Of a DNA stretch of 38,016 bases, positions 27,454 through 34,964 are shown piece after piece (position 1 is the stretch's first letter; each line of letters starts with the position of its first letter). This DNA is from Gemmatimonadales bacterium (GTDB lineage Bacteria > Gemmatimonadota > Gemmatimonadetes > Gemmatimonadales > GWC2-71-9), in NCBI GenBank assembly GCA_035278325.1, contig DATEJD010000085.1:1-38016 (forward strand), given 5' to 3'. The translations under genes and the position numbers were made by a program. The notes below the pieces were generated by a model, which saw only the letters and a list, made by a program, of their open reading frames with translations, had not been told where the DNA came from and ran no database searches.

Positions 27454-27487
27454 TGGCTGTCCCTTCCAGGTGGGCGACCGCTTCGCG

Positions 27488-27514
27488 CTTGTCGGCTGCC
27501 TTTGCGGGTCAGGC
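27488..27514 (-). repeat. Repeat-family copy B
   Basis: Plus strand cttgtcggctgcctttgcgggtcaggc; compare the core ctgtcggctgcatttgcgggttaggc. Confidence 0.7.
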
Positions 27515-27736
27515 ACCGCCCGTCCCGATCGGCGCGATCGGATAGGCGCCCACCCGGCTCAGGAGGTCGCGCAACGCCTCCAAGTGGTCCGGCTCGAGAT
27601 ACTCGGCGATCCCGCCAACCGATACCAGCACCTTCTGGCTACGCAACGCAGTGGCCAGCTGGTGCGGGGCTTGACATCGCGTGTCCCCGATCTCATTTAG
27701 GAGCCCCAACACTAACCCCTTCTCTCGGAGGGACCG

Positions 27737-28027
27737 ATGTATATCATGGTCCAGCACACCATCTCCGAGCCGGCCGTTTTCTGGAACGCGGCTGACCCGA
27801 CCACCATCTCTCCACAAGTGAAGCTGCACCACACCTTCCCGACGCCGGATGGCACCCGGGCAGTGTGCATCTGGGAAGCGGACTCGGTCGATACGCTCCG
27901 CGACTTTCTGGAGCCTCTCCTCGGACGCGTGAGCCGAAACGAGTACTTCCCCGTGGAAAATCGCGAGGGCTTCGCCCGGCCGTCGCGCGTTCCCCAGGCG
28001 ACGACCGCCGGCTCCTCGGTTCGGTAA
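27737..28027 (+). CDS. Hypothetical protein (96 aa)
   Basis: GGAGG lies 6 nt before the ATG. MYIMVQHTISEPAVFWNAADP...VKLHHTFPTPDGTRAVCIWEADSVDTLRDFLEP. It is one of the few plus-strand genes in the accessory block. Confidence 0.5.
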   Translation: MYIMVQHTISEPAVFWNAADPTTISPQVKLHHTFPTPDGTRAVCIWEADSVDTLRDFLEPLLGRVSRNEYFPVENREGFARPSRVPQATTAGSSVR

Positions 28028-28051
28028 ACCAGCTCCGTCTGGCAGGATTCC

Positions 28052-28076
28052 AGGCCTTGGGGTACTCCCGAGGCCT
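28052..28076 (+). terminator. 10-bp hairpin downstream of 27737..28027
   Basis: AGGCCTTGGG-gtact-CCCGAGGCCT (one G-T pair), 25 nt after the stop. It abuts repeat copy C. Confidence 0.45.
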
Positions 28077-28107
28077 GCTGCGTTTCTGCTGCATGCGCGG
28101 GTTAGGC
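28072..28107 (-). repeat. Repeat-family copy C
   Basis: Plus strand ggcctgctgcgtttctgctgcatgcgcgggttaggc. It ends in GTTAGGC and is closest to copy G (gctgcatgcgcgggttaggc). Confidence 0.7.
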
Positions 28108-28239
28108 CGCACGCGGCCAGGCGGACGGGCAGGTGGTGTGGATATGCGGTCGGGAATCATTCGGCCGCTGTGAGCGTTGCATTGTCGAGGGCGCTGACCG
28201 ACGGCGCCACGGAACCAATCCATGCGCGAAGGACAAACA

Positions 28240-28530
28240 ATGCACCGGCACTTTCTTCGGCCCACGACCTGGGCTCTGATGTTCGTGGCCACTTCGGCCC
28301 TCACTGTCACCGACCCGCCAGTCGGCGAGCGTGCACTCCTGGGGTGGACGCCTCCCTACACGGCGCGGACCAGTAACCTTCGACTGGCACGTCATGGTGG
28401 CCCGCTTAGCGCCGAGCGAGCCCTTTTGGGCAAGCCCATCGCTGATGAGGCACAGGCCGCTGCCGACGAATCGATCCAGATTCGGCCACACCCGATCGAG
28501 GGTTCAACGGCGTTGCTAGGCCGGCCATAG
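28240..28530 (+). CDS. Possible small secreted protein with a thrice-repeated ALLG motif
   Basis: AAGGA lies 7 nt before ATG 28240. MHRHFLRPTTWALMFVATSALTVT is a signal-like N-terminus. GERALLGW, AERALLGK and STALLGRP recur. No family recognised and coding status is uncertain. Confidence 0.3.
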   Translation: MHRHFLRPTTWALMFVATSALTVTDPPVGERALLGWTPPYTARTSNLRLARHGGPLSAERALLGKPIADEAQAAADESIQIRPHPIEGSTALLGRP

Positions 28531-28585
28531 AGGGCGGTCGGTTTGCGTGATGCGCGCACCTGCGCGGTCCGATGGCCAATCCTGC

Positions 28586-28611
28586 GACCCAAAGCCGCCA
28601 CAGCTTGGGTC
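28586..28611 (-). terminator. Hairpin downstream of the small membrane protein gene
   Basis: Minus strand GACCCAAGC-tgtggcg-GC(T)TTGGGTC: 9 bp with one bulge, 10 nt after the stop at 28621. Confidence 0.4.
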
Positions 28612-28620
28612 TCCGCCTTC

Positions 28621-28788
28621 TCATTGAGGCTTCAGGAACCTGAAGTAGAAGGCTGCGAAGACCAGGACGATCCCTACGTTCACCGTCAGGCGCTCCCAGA
28701 ACCGGTGCTTGAAGAATAGGACATCGATCGCGACGATAACGGCTGCCATCGAGACTGCGTAGACCGCGGTGATGGCCTGCGTTCGCAT
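28621..28788 (-). CDS. Small membrane protein (55 aa, 2 TM)
   Basis: AAGGGAG RBS. MRTQAITAVYAVSMAAVIVAIDVLFFKHRFWERLTVNVGIVLVFAAFYFRFLKPQ. Confidence 0.5.
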   Translation of the reverse strand: MRTQAITAVYAVSMAAVIVAIDVLFFKHRFWERLTVNVGIVLVFAAFYFRFLKPQ

Positions 28789-28897
28789 GTCAGCTCCCTT
28801 CGAATTGCTCGGCGCTCCCAAGGCTGTGACATAGAGCAGGTCGGGAAGCGGCGTCATGAACGTTCCCTCGCATGATGGTCAGGCGGTTCGGTGGCAC

Positions 28898-30007
28898 TTA
28901 TGGTTGCCGAAACCGCCAAATGCCGGCCGTGTTGTGGTTAGCGTCTGAATACCCGCCAGCGATGAAGACGTCGCCTCCCCCGAGAGGTGCTGCAGCGGCA
29001 AAGCGGAACGCATGGGGGAAGCCTCCCGCCACCGCGCGGAAGGTCCAGCTTCCGGCATCGAGCAGCTCCGCGACCTCTGCGCCGGACGGGACGAGGACAT
29101 CGCCATGGGGCAGCAAGACCGACGTCCCCGCGATCTTGTATCGCCGATGGGCCATCCTCGGCCCGTCCTCGAATCTGGCCGTCCGAGGATCGTAGATCTC
29201 GGTCGTCGCGTAATACACGCGATCGGTCCTGTCCGCCCCGCCGATCACCAGGACACGGCCATCCGCCAGCTTGATCGCGTCATGCTTGTGCCGCGCCGTG
29301 CCGAGCGTGCCCGCCGGCTCGAATCGACGGGTTTGCGGCGAGAAGGCCTCCGCGCTCGCGTACACCTCCATGTTCTGCCGGCGCCCGGCATGCCCACCGA
29401 CGATGAGCACCCGCCCGCCATCGAGCAGTGTCGCCGTATGACTCTCGCGTGGCACGGCCATGGAGCCGACGCGTTCCGAGCGTCCGGTCTCAGGATCGTA
29501 CAGCTCCGCGGTACGGAGGAACGTCCAGCCTCGACCAACCCCGCCGACGAACAGGACCCGGCCGTCGGGCAGGAGCGTCGCCGTGTGTCCGCTGCGCCCC
29601 TCGGTGAGCGAACCCGCCGGTCGAAAGCGCCTGGTTGACGGATCAAAGACCTCCACGGACGCGAGATATTCCCCGTTGTAGCCTCCGGCGACGAGTACGC
29701 GACCATCACCGAGCAGGGTGGCGGTGTGGCCGACTCTGCGCTCGGTCAGCGGGCCGAGTGGCTGCACGCTATTGTCGGCGGGGTCGAAGAGCTCGACAGT
29801 GGCGAGGCTGCCGCCCCCGTCCGCCATTCCTCCCACCACCAGGACCTGCCCGCCTGGAAGCGCGGTCGCGGTATGTGCCGCTCGAGCAGTTCGCAGGGTG
29901 GCCACCTGCTCAATCGATTGTGGGTGCTCGGCTGGATCGGGCGCGGACGGCGCGGGGATCGCCAGGCACGCAAGGCTGGCCATCCGTAGGAGGGTGATGA
30001 ACGACAT
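28898..30007 (-). CDS. Kelch-repeat beta-propeller protein, secreted
   Basis: GGAGG RBS before ATG 30007 and signal MSFITLLRMASLACLAIPAPSA. At least six repeats of the ...R.GHTATLL.DGRVLV.GG... type. Confidence 0.8.
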   Translation of the reverse strand: MSFITLLRMASLACLAIPAPSAPDPAEHPQSIEQVATLRTARAAHTATALPGGQVLVVGGMADGGGSLATVELFDPADNSVQPLGPLTERRVGHTATLLGDGRVLVAGGYNGEYLASVEVFDPSTRRFRPAGSLTEGRSGHTATLLPDGRVLFVGGVGRGWTFLRTAELYDPETGRSERVGSMAVPRESHTATLLDGGRVLIVGGHAGRRQNMEVYASAEAFSPQTRRFEPAGTLGTARHKHDAIKLADGRVLVIGGADRTDRVYYATTEIYDPRTARFEDGPRMAHRRYKIAGTSVLLPHGDVLVPSGAEVAELLDAGSWTFRAVAGGFPHAFRFAAAAPLGGGDVFIAGGYSDANHNTAGIWRFRQP

Positions 30008-30035
30008 GGTGCCTCCACGCTTCAACTGACGCGGT

Positions 30036-30887
30036 TCAGGCAGCTCCGGCAGGCGCCGCAGGGTCCTGGCCATAGTAGCGGCGTAAGGCGTCGTACAGAG
30101 CCGGACGCTCTTGCTGTAACTCCGCTGGCCGCTCGAAGAAGCTCTCAGTGGCCACCGCGAAGAATTCAGCCTTGTTCGTAGCGCCGTAGTGGTCCAGCAC
30201 CCCTTGCCTCTCAGCCACTGCCTCGCTCACGAGCTGGTCGAAGTTCATTTCCAGCATGGCAGTCCAAGACGCCAGGGCCGTCGCGTCGGGGAGACGGGGC
30301 GTACCATCAAACTGTCCGCTCGTCGCGTCCAGCTGATGGGCAAACTCGTGCAACACCACGTTCTCCCCATCAGTCGGGTCCTGCGCGCCGGCCTCGGCAC
30401 TATCCCATGCCAGGATGACTACACCCTGCTTCCACGACTCTCCAAGTGCGGGAGCGTCCTGGTCGCCGGCATCGGCCGACGGCGTCCAGCTGAAACGCCG
30501 TGGCTGAAAGGTGCCGGGATAAACCAGAATGTTGCGGAGGCTCGGGTACGGCTCCCCCGGCTGCTCGAGGACCAGGAGACACGCGTGCGCAGCGATAACG
30601 ACCTGCATCTCTTCAGTCAGCCGAAGACCACCGCAGCCTTCCCAGCGACAGCCGTGGATGAGGTATTGCATCTTCTGGAGCAGGCGCTCGCGCTGGACGG
30701 ATGTAAGCCGGTGCGTGAGCGGCACCCGCGTGGTCAGAATCGACGTCCAGAAGCCGGGCACGGGGGGGTAGGCAGATGCTCGAGGGCGAGGACCAAGCAG
30801 CAGTCGCAGCAGTGCAGCGCGGCCGACAGCAAAGGCCCCGGCAAACATCCCGCTCGCGATCAGCATGACCAGAAGCCGGATTAGCAC
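30036..30887 (-). CDS. mtfA: MtfA-like zinc peptidase (M90 family) with N-terminal TM anchor
   Basis: HEFAHQLD zinc motif. NKAEFFAVATESFFERP and ELYDALRRYYGQDP-type C-terminus are typical of MtfA/M90. Confidence 0.8.
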   Translation of the reverse strand: MLIRLLVMLIASGMFAGAFAVGRAALLRLLLGPRPRASAYPPVPGFWTSILTTRVPLTHRLTSVQRERLLQKMQYLIHGCRWEGCGGLRLTEEMQVVIAAHACLLVLEQPGEPYPSLRNILVYPGTFQPRRFSWTPSADAGDQDAPALGESWKQGVVILAWDSAEAGAQDPTDGENVVLHEFAHQLDATSGQFDGTPRLPDATALASWTAMLEMNFDQLVSEAVAERQGVLDHYGATNKAEFFAVATESFFERPAELQQERPALYDALRRYYGQDPAAPAGAA

Positions 30888-30995
30888 GTTATGGTGGGCC
30901 CTGATGGTTCAACGACACTTGGCATCCTGTACGCGACGGCACCCGGAACAAGCTGCAACGTCCGCCTCTCATAGGCAAAGGCCTCGGTTTCCCTA

Positions 30996-31024
30996 TTGCG
31001 CGCCGTCTGCCCTTGCAGTATACT
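30996..31024 (+). promoter_or_regulatory. Candidate sigma-70-type promoter giving a leaderless arsR-family transcript
   Basis: TTGCGC (30996-31001), 17-nt spacer, TATACT (31019-31024). ATG 31032 lies 7 nt after the -10 box and there is no SD sequence. Confidence 0.35.
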
Positions 31025-31031
31025 GAACCGC

Positions 31032-31397
31032 ATGGTTCACTATCAGCCAACCCACCTGGATTCCTCGTTCGCCGCGCTCTCCGACGCCACCCGGCGTGGC
31101 ATTCTGGAGCGGCTCGGGCGGGGGGACGCTTCGATAACGGAACTTGCCGGGAAGTTCCAAATGACCCTCACCGGCATGAAGAAGCACATCGGTGTCCTGG
31201 AGCAGACGGGGCTCGTCACCACGGAAAAAGCCGGCCGCGTGCGGACCTGCAAGCTCGGCCCACGCCGGCTGGAGGAGGAGGCGGCGTGGATCGAAAGGTA
31301 CCGCCAGCTCTGGCACGCGCGCTTCGAGGAGTTGGACAAGATCATTGAGGAACTGAAACGGACCGAAAGAGTCCATCCCCGGCAACGGAGAAAGTGA
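31032..31397 (+). CDS. ArsR/SmtB-family transcriptional regulator
   Basis: FAALSDATRRGILERLGRGDASITELAGKFQMTLTGMKKHIGVLEQTGLV is a wHTH of the ArsR family. Confidence 0.85.
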   Translation: MVHYQPTHLDSSFAALSDATRRGILERLGRGDASITELAGKFQMTLTGMKKHIGVLEQTGLVTTEKAGRVRTCKLGPRRLEEEAAWIERYRQLWHARFEELDKIIEELKRTERVHPRQRRK

Positions 31398-31407
31398 GTC
31401 AATCCTA

Positions 31408-31908
31408 GTGAACAACCCCACGACGATAGAACGAAAGTCCGAGCGTGAGCTGGTCATCACGCGAACCTTCAACGGCCCCGCGCATATCGTGTTCGAGGCC
31501 TGGACCAAGCCTGAGTTGATCAAGCGCTGGTGGATGCCGAAGTCGGTGGGAGCATCGTTCATTTCCTGCGAGGTCGATGCTCGTACGGGGGGGACCTACC
31601 GCTTCGTGTTCAGTCACCCTGCCTTCGACCAGCCTATGGCGTTCTTCGGCAGGTATGTCGAAGTGACGCGCTACTCGCGCATCGTGTGGACGAATGAGGA
31701 AAGTGCCGATGGCGCCCTTACCACCGTGACCTTTGAGGAAAACGGCGGCAAGACGCTCCTGGTCCTCCACGAACTCTATCCCTCAAAGCAAGCCCTGGAT
31801 GACGCTATCGCATCTGGAAGCACGAGCGCGGCACCCGAACAGTTCGAGCAGTTGGACGAGACTCTCGCCACGTTGGTGGCTTCTGAGAAAGCGCATTCTC
31901 GAGCCTGA
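31408..31908 (+). CDS. SRPBCC-family protein (AHSA1 / activator of Hsp90 ATPase-like)
   Basis: ELVITRTFNGPAHIVFEAWTKPELIKRWW...GGTYRFVF...FFGRYVEV...RIVWT. GTG start. ArsR-SRPBCC is a common gene pairing. Confidence 0.8.
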   Translation: MNNPTTIERKSERELVITRTFNGPAHIVFEAWTKPELIKRWWMPKSVGASFISCEVDARTGGTYRFVFSHPAFDQPMAFFGRYVEVTRYSRIVWTNEESADGALTTVTFEENGGKTLLVLHELYPSKQALDDAIASGSTSAAPEQFEQLDETLATLVASEKAHSRA

Positions 31909-31966
31909 GCACGGTCGCGGCGAGCCGGTGGTGTTGCTTCACGGTGCGTTCATGACCATCACCAGC
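31895..31966 (+). pseudogene. Possible remnant of an alpha/beta-hydrolase N-terminus
   Basis: The frame of track ORF 31733..32374 reads ILEPEHGRGEPVVLLHGAFMTITS, resembling the G-x-PVVLLHG oxyanion region. Only about 24 aa, with no start codon and no downstream domain. Confidence 0.2.
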
Positions 31967-31996
31967 CCGCTGGTTACGCTGCGCGCGGCAAGAGCG

Positions 31997-32461
31997 CTAA
32001 CCCGCCGAAGAGTCCGCCGGCGCCGGCCCCAGGTGGAGCGCCAGCATCTGCCACCCGAGGGGGCCCCCACGAACGTACACCGCCGTGTAACGGCGCCGAA
32101 GCTCGGTTCGTTGGCCCTTCAATGTGAAGGCCCATTCGGCCACGCCGGTGATTACTGCAGCGTCCTTCCGGAGCTTGACGTCGACCGCCTTGGTCCGAAA
32201 GAACTCCATGACAAGGTCAGGGGCCCGTCGGACGTCAGCCACCTCACCAGCCTTGGTCTTGAGTCGACCGGCGCTACTCGTGACCACCAGGTCGTTCGCG
32301 AAGAGCGCCTCAGCCACCGCCGTGTCATGAGTGGCATATGCCTGAGCCCACGCGCGGTCCAGCGCGTGCAGTGAGTCCCGTGCGCTCGGCGCCTGGGCCT
32401 GAGCGGTGGCGCCCGCAAAGATGAGAAGAGTCCCCGCCCAATATCGGTGTCGGATGATCAT
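31997..32461 (-). CDS. NTF2-like (DUF4440/SnoaL-like) secreted protein
   Basis: Signal MIIRHRYWAGTLLIFAGATAQA. LDRAWAQAYATHDTAVAEALFANDLVVT...YTAVYVR...GWQMLALH. Confidence 0.7.
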   Translation of the reverse strand: MIIRHRYWAGTLLIFAGATAQAQAPSARDSLHALDRAWAQAYATHDTAVAEALFANDLVVTSSAGRLKTKAGEVADVRRAPDLVMEFFRTKAVDVKLRKDAAVITGVAEWAFTLKGQRTELRRRYTAVYVRGGPLGWQMLALHLGPAPADSSAG

Positions 32462-32498
32462 CCTCCTTAAGCCGAGCGTGCGCTTGAACGCACTTCCT

Positions 32499-32539
32499 GC
32501 CCACTCCGGCCTGTCGGCTGCATTTGCGGGTTAGGCGGC
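32499..32539 (-). repeat. Repeat-family copy D (reference copy)
   Basis: Plus strand gcccactccggcctgtcggctgcatttgcgggttaggcggc. Positions 32499-32535 are identical to 33002-33038 (37 nt). GTTAGGC is at 32530-32536. The copy lies 15 nt after the stop of 32555..32950. Confidence 0.9.
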
Positions 32540-32554
32540 AAGCCGCGCCGAACC

Positions 32555-32950
32555 TTAAACCTTCTGTGGGGCCACCATGTTGGCATCCCGAAAGATGACC
32601 CACCGGCCATCGGGCTCGCGCCGCAGCACCGACAACGCCGGGCCGCTCGACTGCGTGGGGGCACCCTCATCCCCTGGCTGGAGCTCCAGCGTCAGCTGGT
32701 TCCAGCAGTACGCCCAATCGCCGAACACCCGCACTTCCTGAATCTCGGCGGTGCCCGTTACTCGTCGCTGCCCTTCCATGGCACGGGAAGCGGCCGCAAA
32801 TCCCTCCCGGCCTCGCATGGGAGGTCGGCCGGGGCCGAGGAACACGACGTCCTCAGCCATAAGCTCTAAGACCCGGGGCAAATCGCCCTGCGCAGACGCC
32901 TCCATCCAAGTCGCGACTAAAGCACGAATTGCCTGTTCGTCTCGGTCCAT
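32555..32950 (-). CDS. NTF2-like protein (SgcJ/EcaC / DUF4440 type)
   Basis: DEQAIRALVATWMEASAQGDLPRVLELMAEDVVFLGPG...VLRREPDGRWVIFRDANM. Confidence 0.75.
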   Translation of the reverse strand: MDRDEQAIRALVATWMEASAQGDLPRVLELMAEDVVFLGPGRPPMRGREGFAAASRAMEGQRRVTGTAEIQEVRVFGDWAYCWNQLTLELQPGDEGAPTQSSGPALSVLRREPDGRWVIFRDANMVAPQKV

Positions 32951-33001
32951 CGGTTCGTCCTTCCTAGAATCGGAGTCGGTCTGGCGAGAAGGCTAGCCCT
33001 G

Positions 33002-33040
33002 GCCCACTCCGGCCTGTCGGCTGCATTTGCGGGTTAGGGC
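33002..33040 (-). repeat. Repeat-family copy E
   Basis: gcccactccggcctgtcggctgcatttgcgggttagggc. The first 37 nt are identical to copy D, although the flanking genes are unrelated. It lies 18 nt after the stop of 33058..33897. Confidence 0.9.
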
Positions 33041-33057
33041 AGCACGCCACCGGGATC

Positions 33058-33897
33058 CTAGGGCACGCGGAACTGCGCGTACATTCCATGCTCGTCGTGT
33101 GGGCGTCCGTCGCCTGCGTCACGCACGCGGCAGACCGCGCTGTACCTACCCGGCTCCAAGTAGACGTCGATGAGCATGGTGCCACCGGCCGGCAGATCGG
33201 TTGTGCCGCCCCACGGCACGACAGGAGGCGGACCCTGCTGGGTGTTCATCCACCTGATGAAATCTTGCGAGCTTTTGCCCGGCGCGAGCCGTGACAGAAT
33301 CAACTCGTGGCGCTGGTGACCGAGGTTGCGGACCGCGATGCGGTGCCACCCACGGCTTGGCGGGCGCGACCACGTGAACCCGTACTCGCGCAACGTGACC
33401 GTCAGGTCGGCCGACGGCCACGCGATCGCTGGGCCGCCCGGCGGCGTCACGATCAGGTCCTTCATCATGCCTTTGGCAAAATGGAGCGCTTGATCAGGGC
33501 TCTTAACGTGGCAAAAGGCCACGTAGTGACCCGGCTCGAGCAGGACCGTGCCGACAGCCTCGCCCCCAGCTGGCACGGCGTTCGGCCCGCCGACTGCGTG
33601 CATCCAGCCGGGGTGCGCTCCGCCAGCATGGAGCGCTCTGGAGACGTCCGCCAGGCTCTTCCCGGGCGCCAGCCGGTAGAGCATGAGATGATGGGGCTGC
33701 CGGCCTTCGTTGCGCAGGCGGAATGTCGTCAAGCCTGCGGACAGCGTGTCGGGCAGCACGAACGCGAACTCGTAAGTGAGGACGTCGACCACTCGCACCT
33801 TTGGGGGTCTAGGCGGCGCTGCTTGGCCTTGTACGGCGCCGATGACCGCGACGCCTCCGAGGAGCCCGAGCAGGATCGGGCGACAATTGTGGAGCAT
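33058..33897 (-). CDS. Secreted protein with two tandem cupredoxin-like repeats
   Basis: Signal ILLGLLGGVAVIGAVQG. An internal duplication is visible: EFAFVLPDTLSAGLTTFRLRNEGRQPHHLMLYRLAPGKSLADV versus EYGFTWSRPPSRGWHRIAVRNLGHQRHELILSRLAPGKSSQDF. The fold assignment is tentative. Confidence 0.55.
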   Translation of the reverse strand: MLHNCRPILLGLLGGVAVIGAVQGQAAPPRPPKVRVVDVLTYEFAFVLPDTLSAGLTTFRLRNEGRQPHHLMLYRLAPGKSLADVSRALHAGGAHPGWMHAVGGPNAVPAGGEAVGTVLLEPGHYVAFCHVKSPDQALHFAKGMMKDLIVTPPGGPAIAWPSADLTVTLREYGFTWSRPPSRGWHRIAVRNLGHQRHELILSRLAPGKSSQDFIRWMNTQQGPPPVVPWGGTTDLPAGGTMLIDVYLEPGRYSAVCRVRDAGDGRPHDEHGMYAQFRVP

Positions 33898-33899
33898 TC

Positions 33900-34307
33900 C
33901 TATCGGCCGGCAGGCTCGAACAATTCAATGGGATTGCCGTCAGGATCTTCCACCTGAATCTGCTTGCCGCCGGGACCGACCTCCATCTCGTTGCGAAGGC
34001 GCACGGCTTGGCTCTTGAGTTCACTAATGCATGCGGGCAAGTCCTTCACTTGAAGCACCACCCGGTTCCATCCTCCGGGCTCTTGCCGACCACCATCGGG
34101 CATCGGCCGAGAGCCGGACGCCCCCGGACCACTGAGAATCAATTTGAGCTCACCGATCGACACCTGCCCGAAAGCCGGCAGGTTCTGTTGATCCACATTG
34201 AACCCCAGGACTTTCGTATAGAAGGCAATCGAGCGTTGAACATCTTTGACCTGATATCTCACGCCCCAAAGGCCTAGCACCAAGGGCTGTGTCTTCGTTG
34301 GCGCCAT
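33900..34307 (-). CDS. VOC family protein (glyoxalase I-like)
   Basis: VRYQVKDVQRSIAFYTKVLGFNV...VVLQVKDL...QVEDPDGNPIELFEP. Its stop is 2 nt from the start of the next gene. Confidence 0.8.
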   Translation of the reverse strand: MAPTKTQPLVLGLWGVRYQVKDVQRSIAFYTKVLGFNVDQQNLPAFGQVSIGELKLILSGPGASGSRPMPDGGRQEPGGWNRVVLQVKDLPACISELKSQAVRLRNEMEVGPGGKQIQVEDPDGNPIELFEPAGR

Positions 34308-34373
34308 CGTGTTGTCCTCGCTCTCGCTTCCGTTGTTCGGCCTCTAGGAGGGTGACGCCCGAGCGGACCGCCG

Positions 34374-34413
34374 GCCCACCTGGCCTGTCGGCTGCATGTG
34401 CGGGTGAGGCGGC
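34374..34413 (-). repeat. Repeat-family copy F
   Basis: gcccacctggcctgtcggctgcatgtgcgggtgaggcggc, 6 nt after the stop of 34418..34849. Confidence 0.85.
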
Positions 34414-34417
34414 ACCG

Positions 34418-34849
34418 CTACTCGATGCGGGCCACCACCTCCGTGGTCCATGGACAAAAGCGGTTCCCGGCTACGACGTCCCGTGGGCACCCGTCACAGA
34501 GCTCTATGGTGACCGAAGAGAAGACAATCGACGACGGATCGTAATGCCACTCGTAAGGCGGATTGTAACCTCCGCTACCCGCGAGGGTCAGGCCGCTGAT
34601 GATCAGGCCCTCGCCGCGCCCGATCCGCTCGGTCGCCTGGGCGACGACAGCCGGCTCTACAATCCGCACATGAAACGCCTGCCCGGCCGGCGAACCCTCT
34701 GACCCGCGACAAGCCATCACTTCAAAAAGGGCTCCGTGCGGCGGAATCGGCTGTGAGCCGGGCTCACTGGGGTCCGCGCACGAGGGCGCGATCGCCGCCA
34801 GACTCACTAGCAGAGCGCCCCGGATGGTTCTAACGCCTCTCGAGCACAT
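34418..34849 (-). CDS. Lipoprotein, unknown function
   Basis: Signal plus lipobox LVSLAAIAPSC. C-terminal YNPPYEWHYDPSSIVFSSVTIELCDGCP. No confident family. Confidence 0.5.
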   Translation of the reverse strand: MCSRGVRTIRGALLVSLAAIAPSCADPSEPGSQPIPPHGALFEVMACRGSEGSPAGQAFHVRIVEPAVVAQATERIGRGEGLIISGLTLAGSGGYNPPYEWHYDPSSIVFSSVTIELCDGCPRDVVAGNRFCPWTTEVVARIE

Positions 34850-34964
34850 GGAGACCCCCTGCGCGAGGTCGAGAAGGTCGATCCGAGATCGGACCCGTGA
34901 GTTACCAGTCGGCGAGGTTGAAAGCTTCTAGACGGCTTGCACCGCAGAGGTGCCGGTGGTGTCC

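Noticed and set aside
32483-32536. Calling the repeats bona fide, complete attC sites
   Set aside because: The GCCTAAC/GTTAGGC core and the position after ORFs fit attC. However, in copies E and F I find no downstream GTT box and no convincing complementary arm, and copy D pairs only weakly. I therefore report an attC-like family rather than annotated attC sites.
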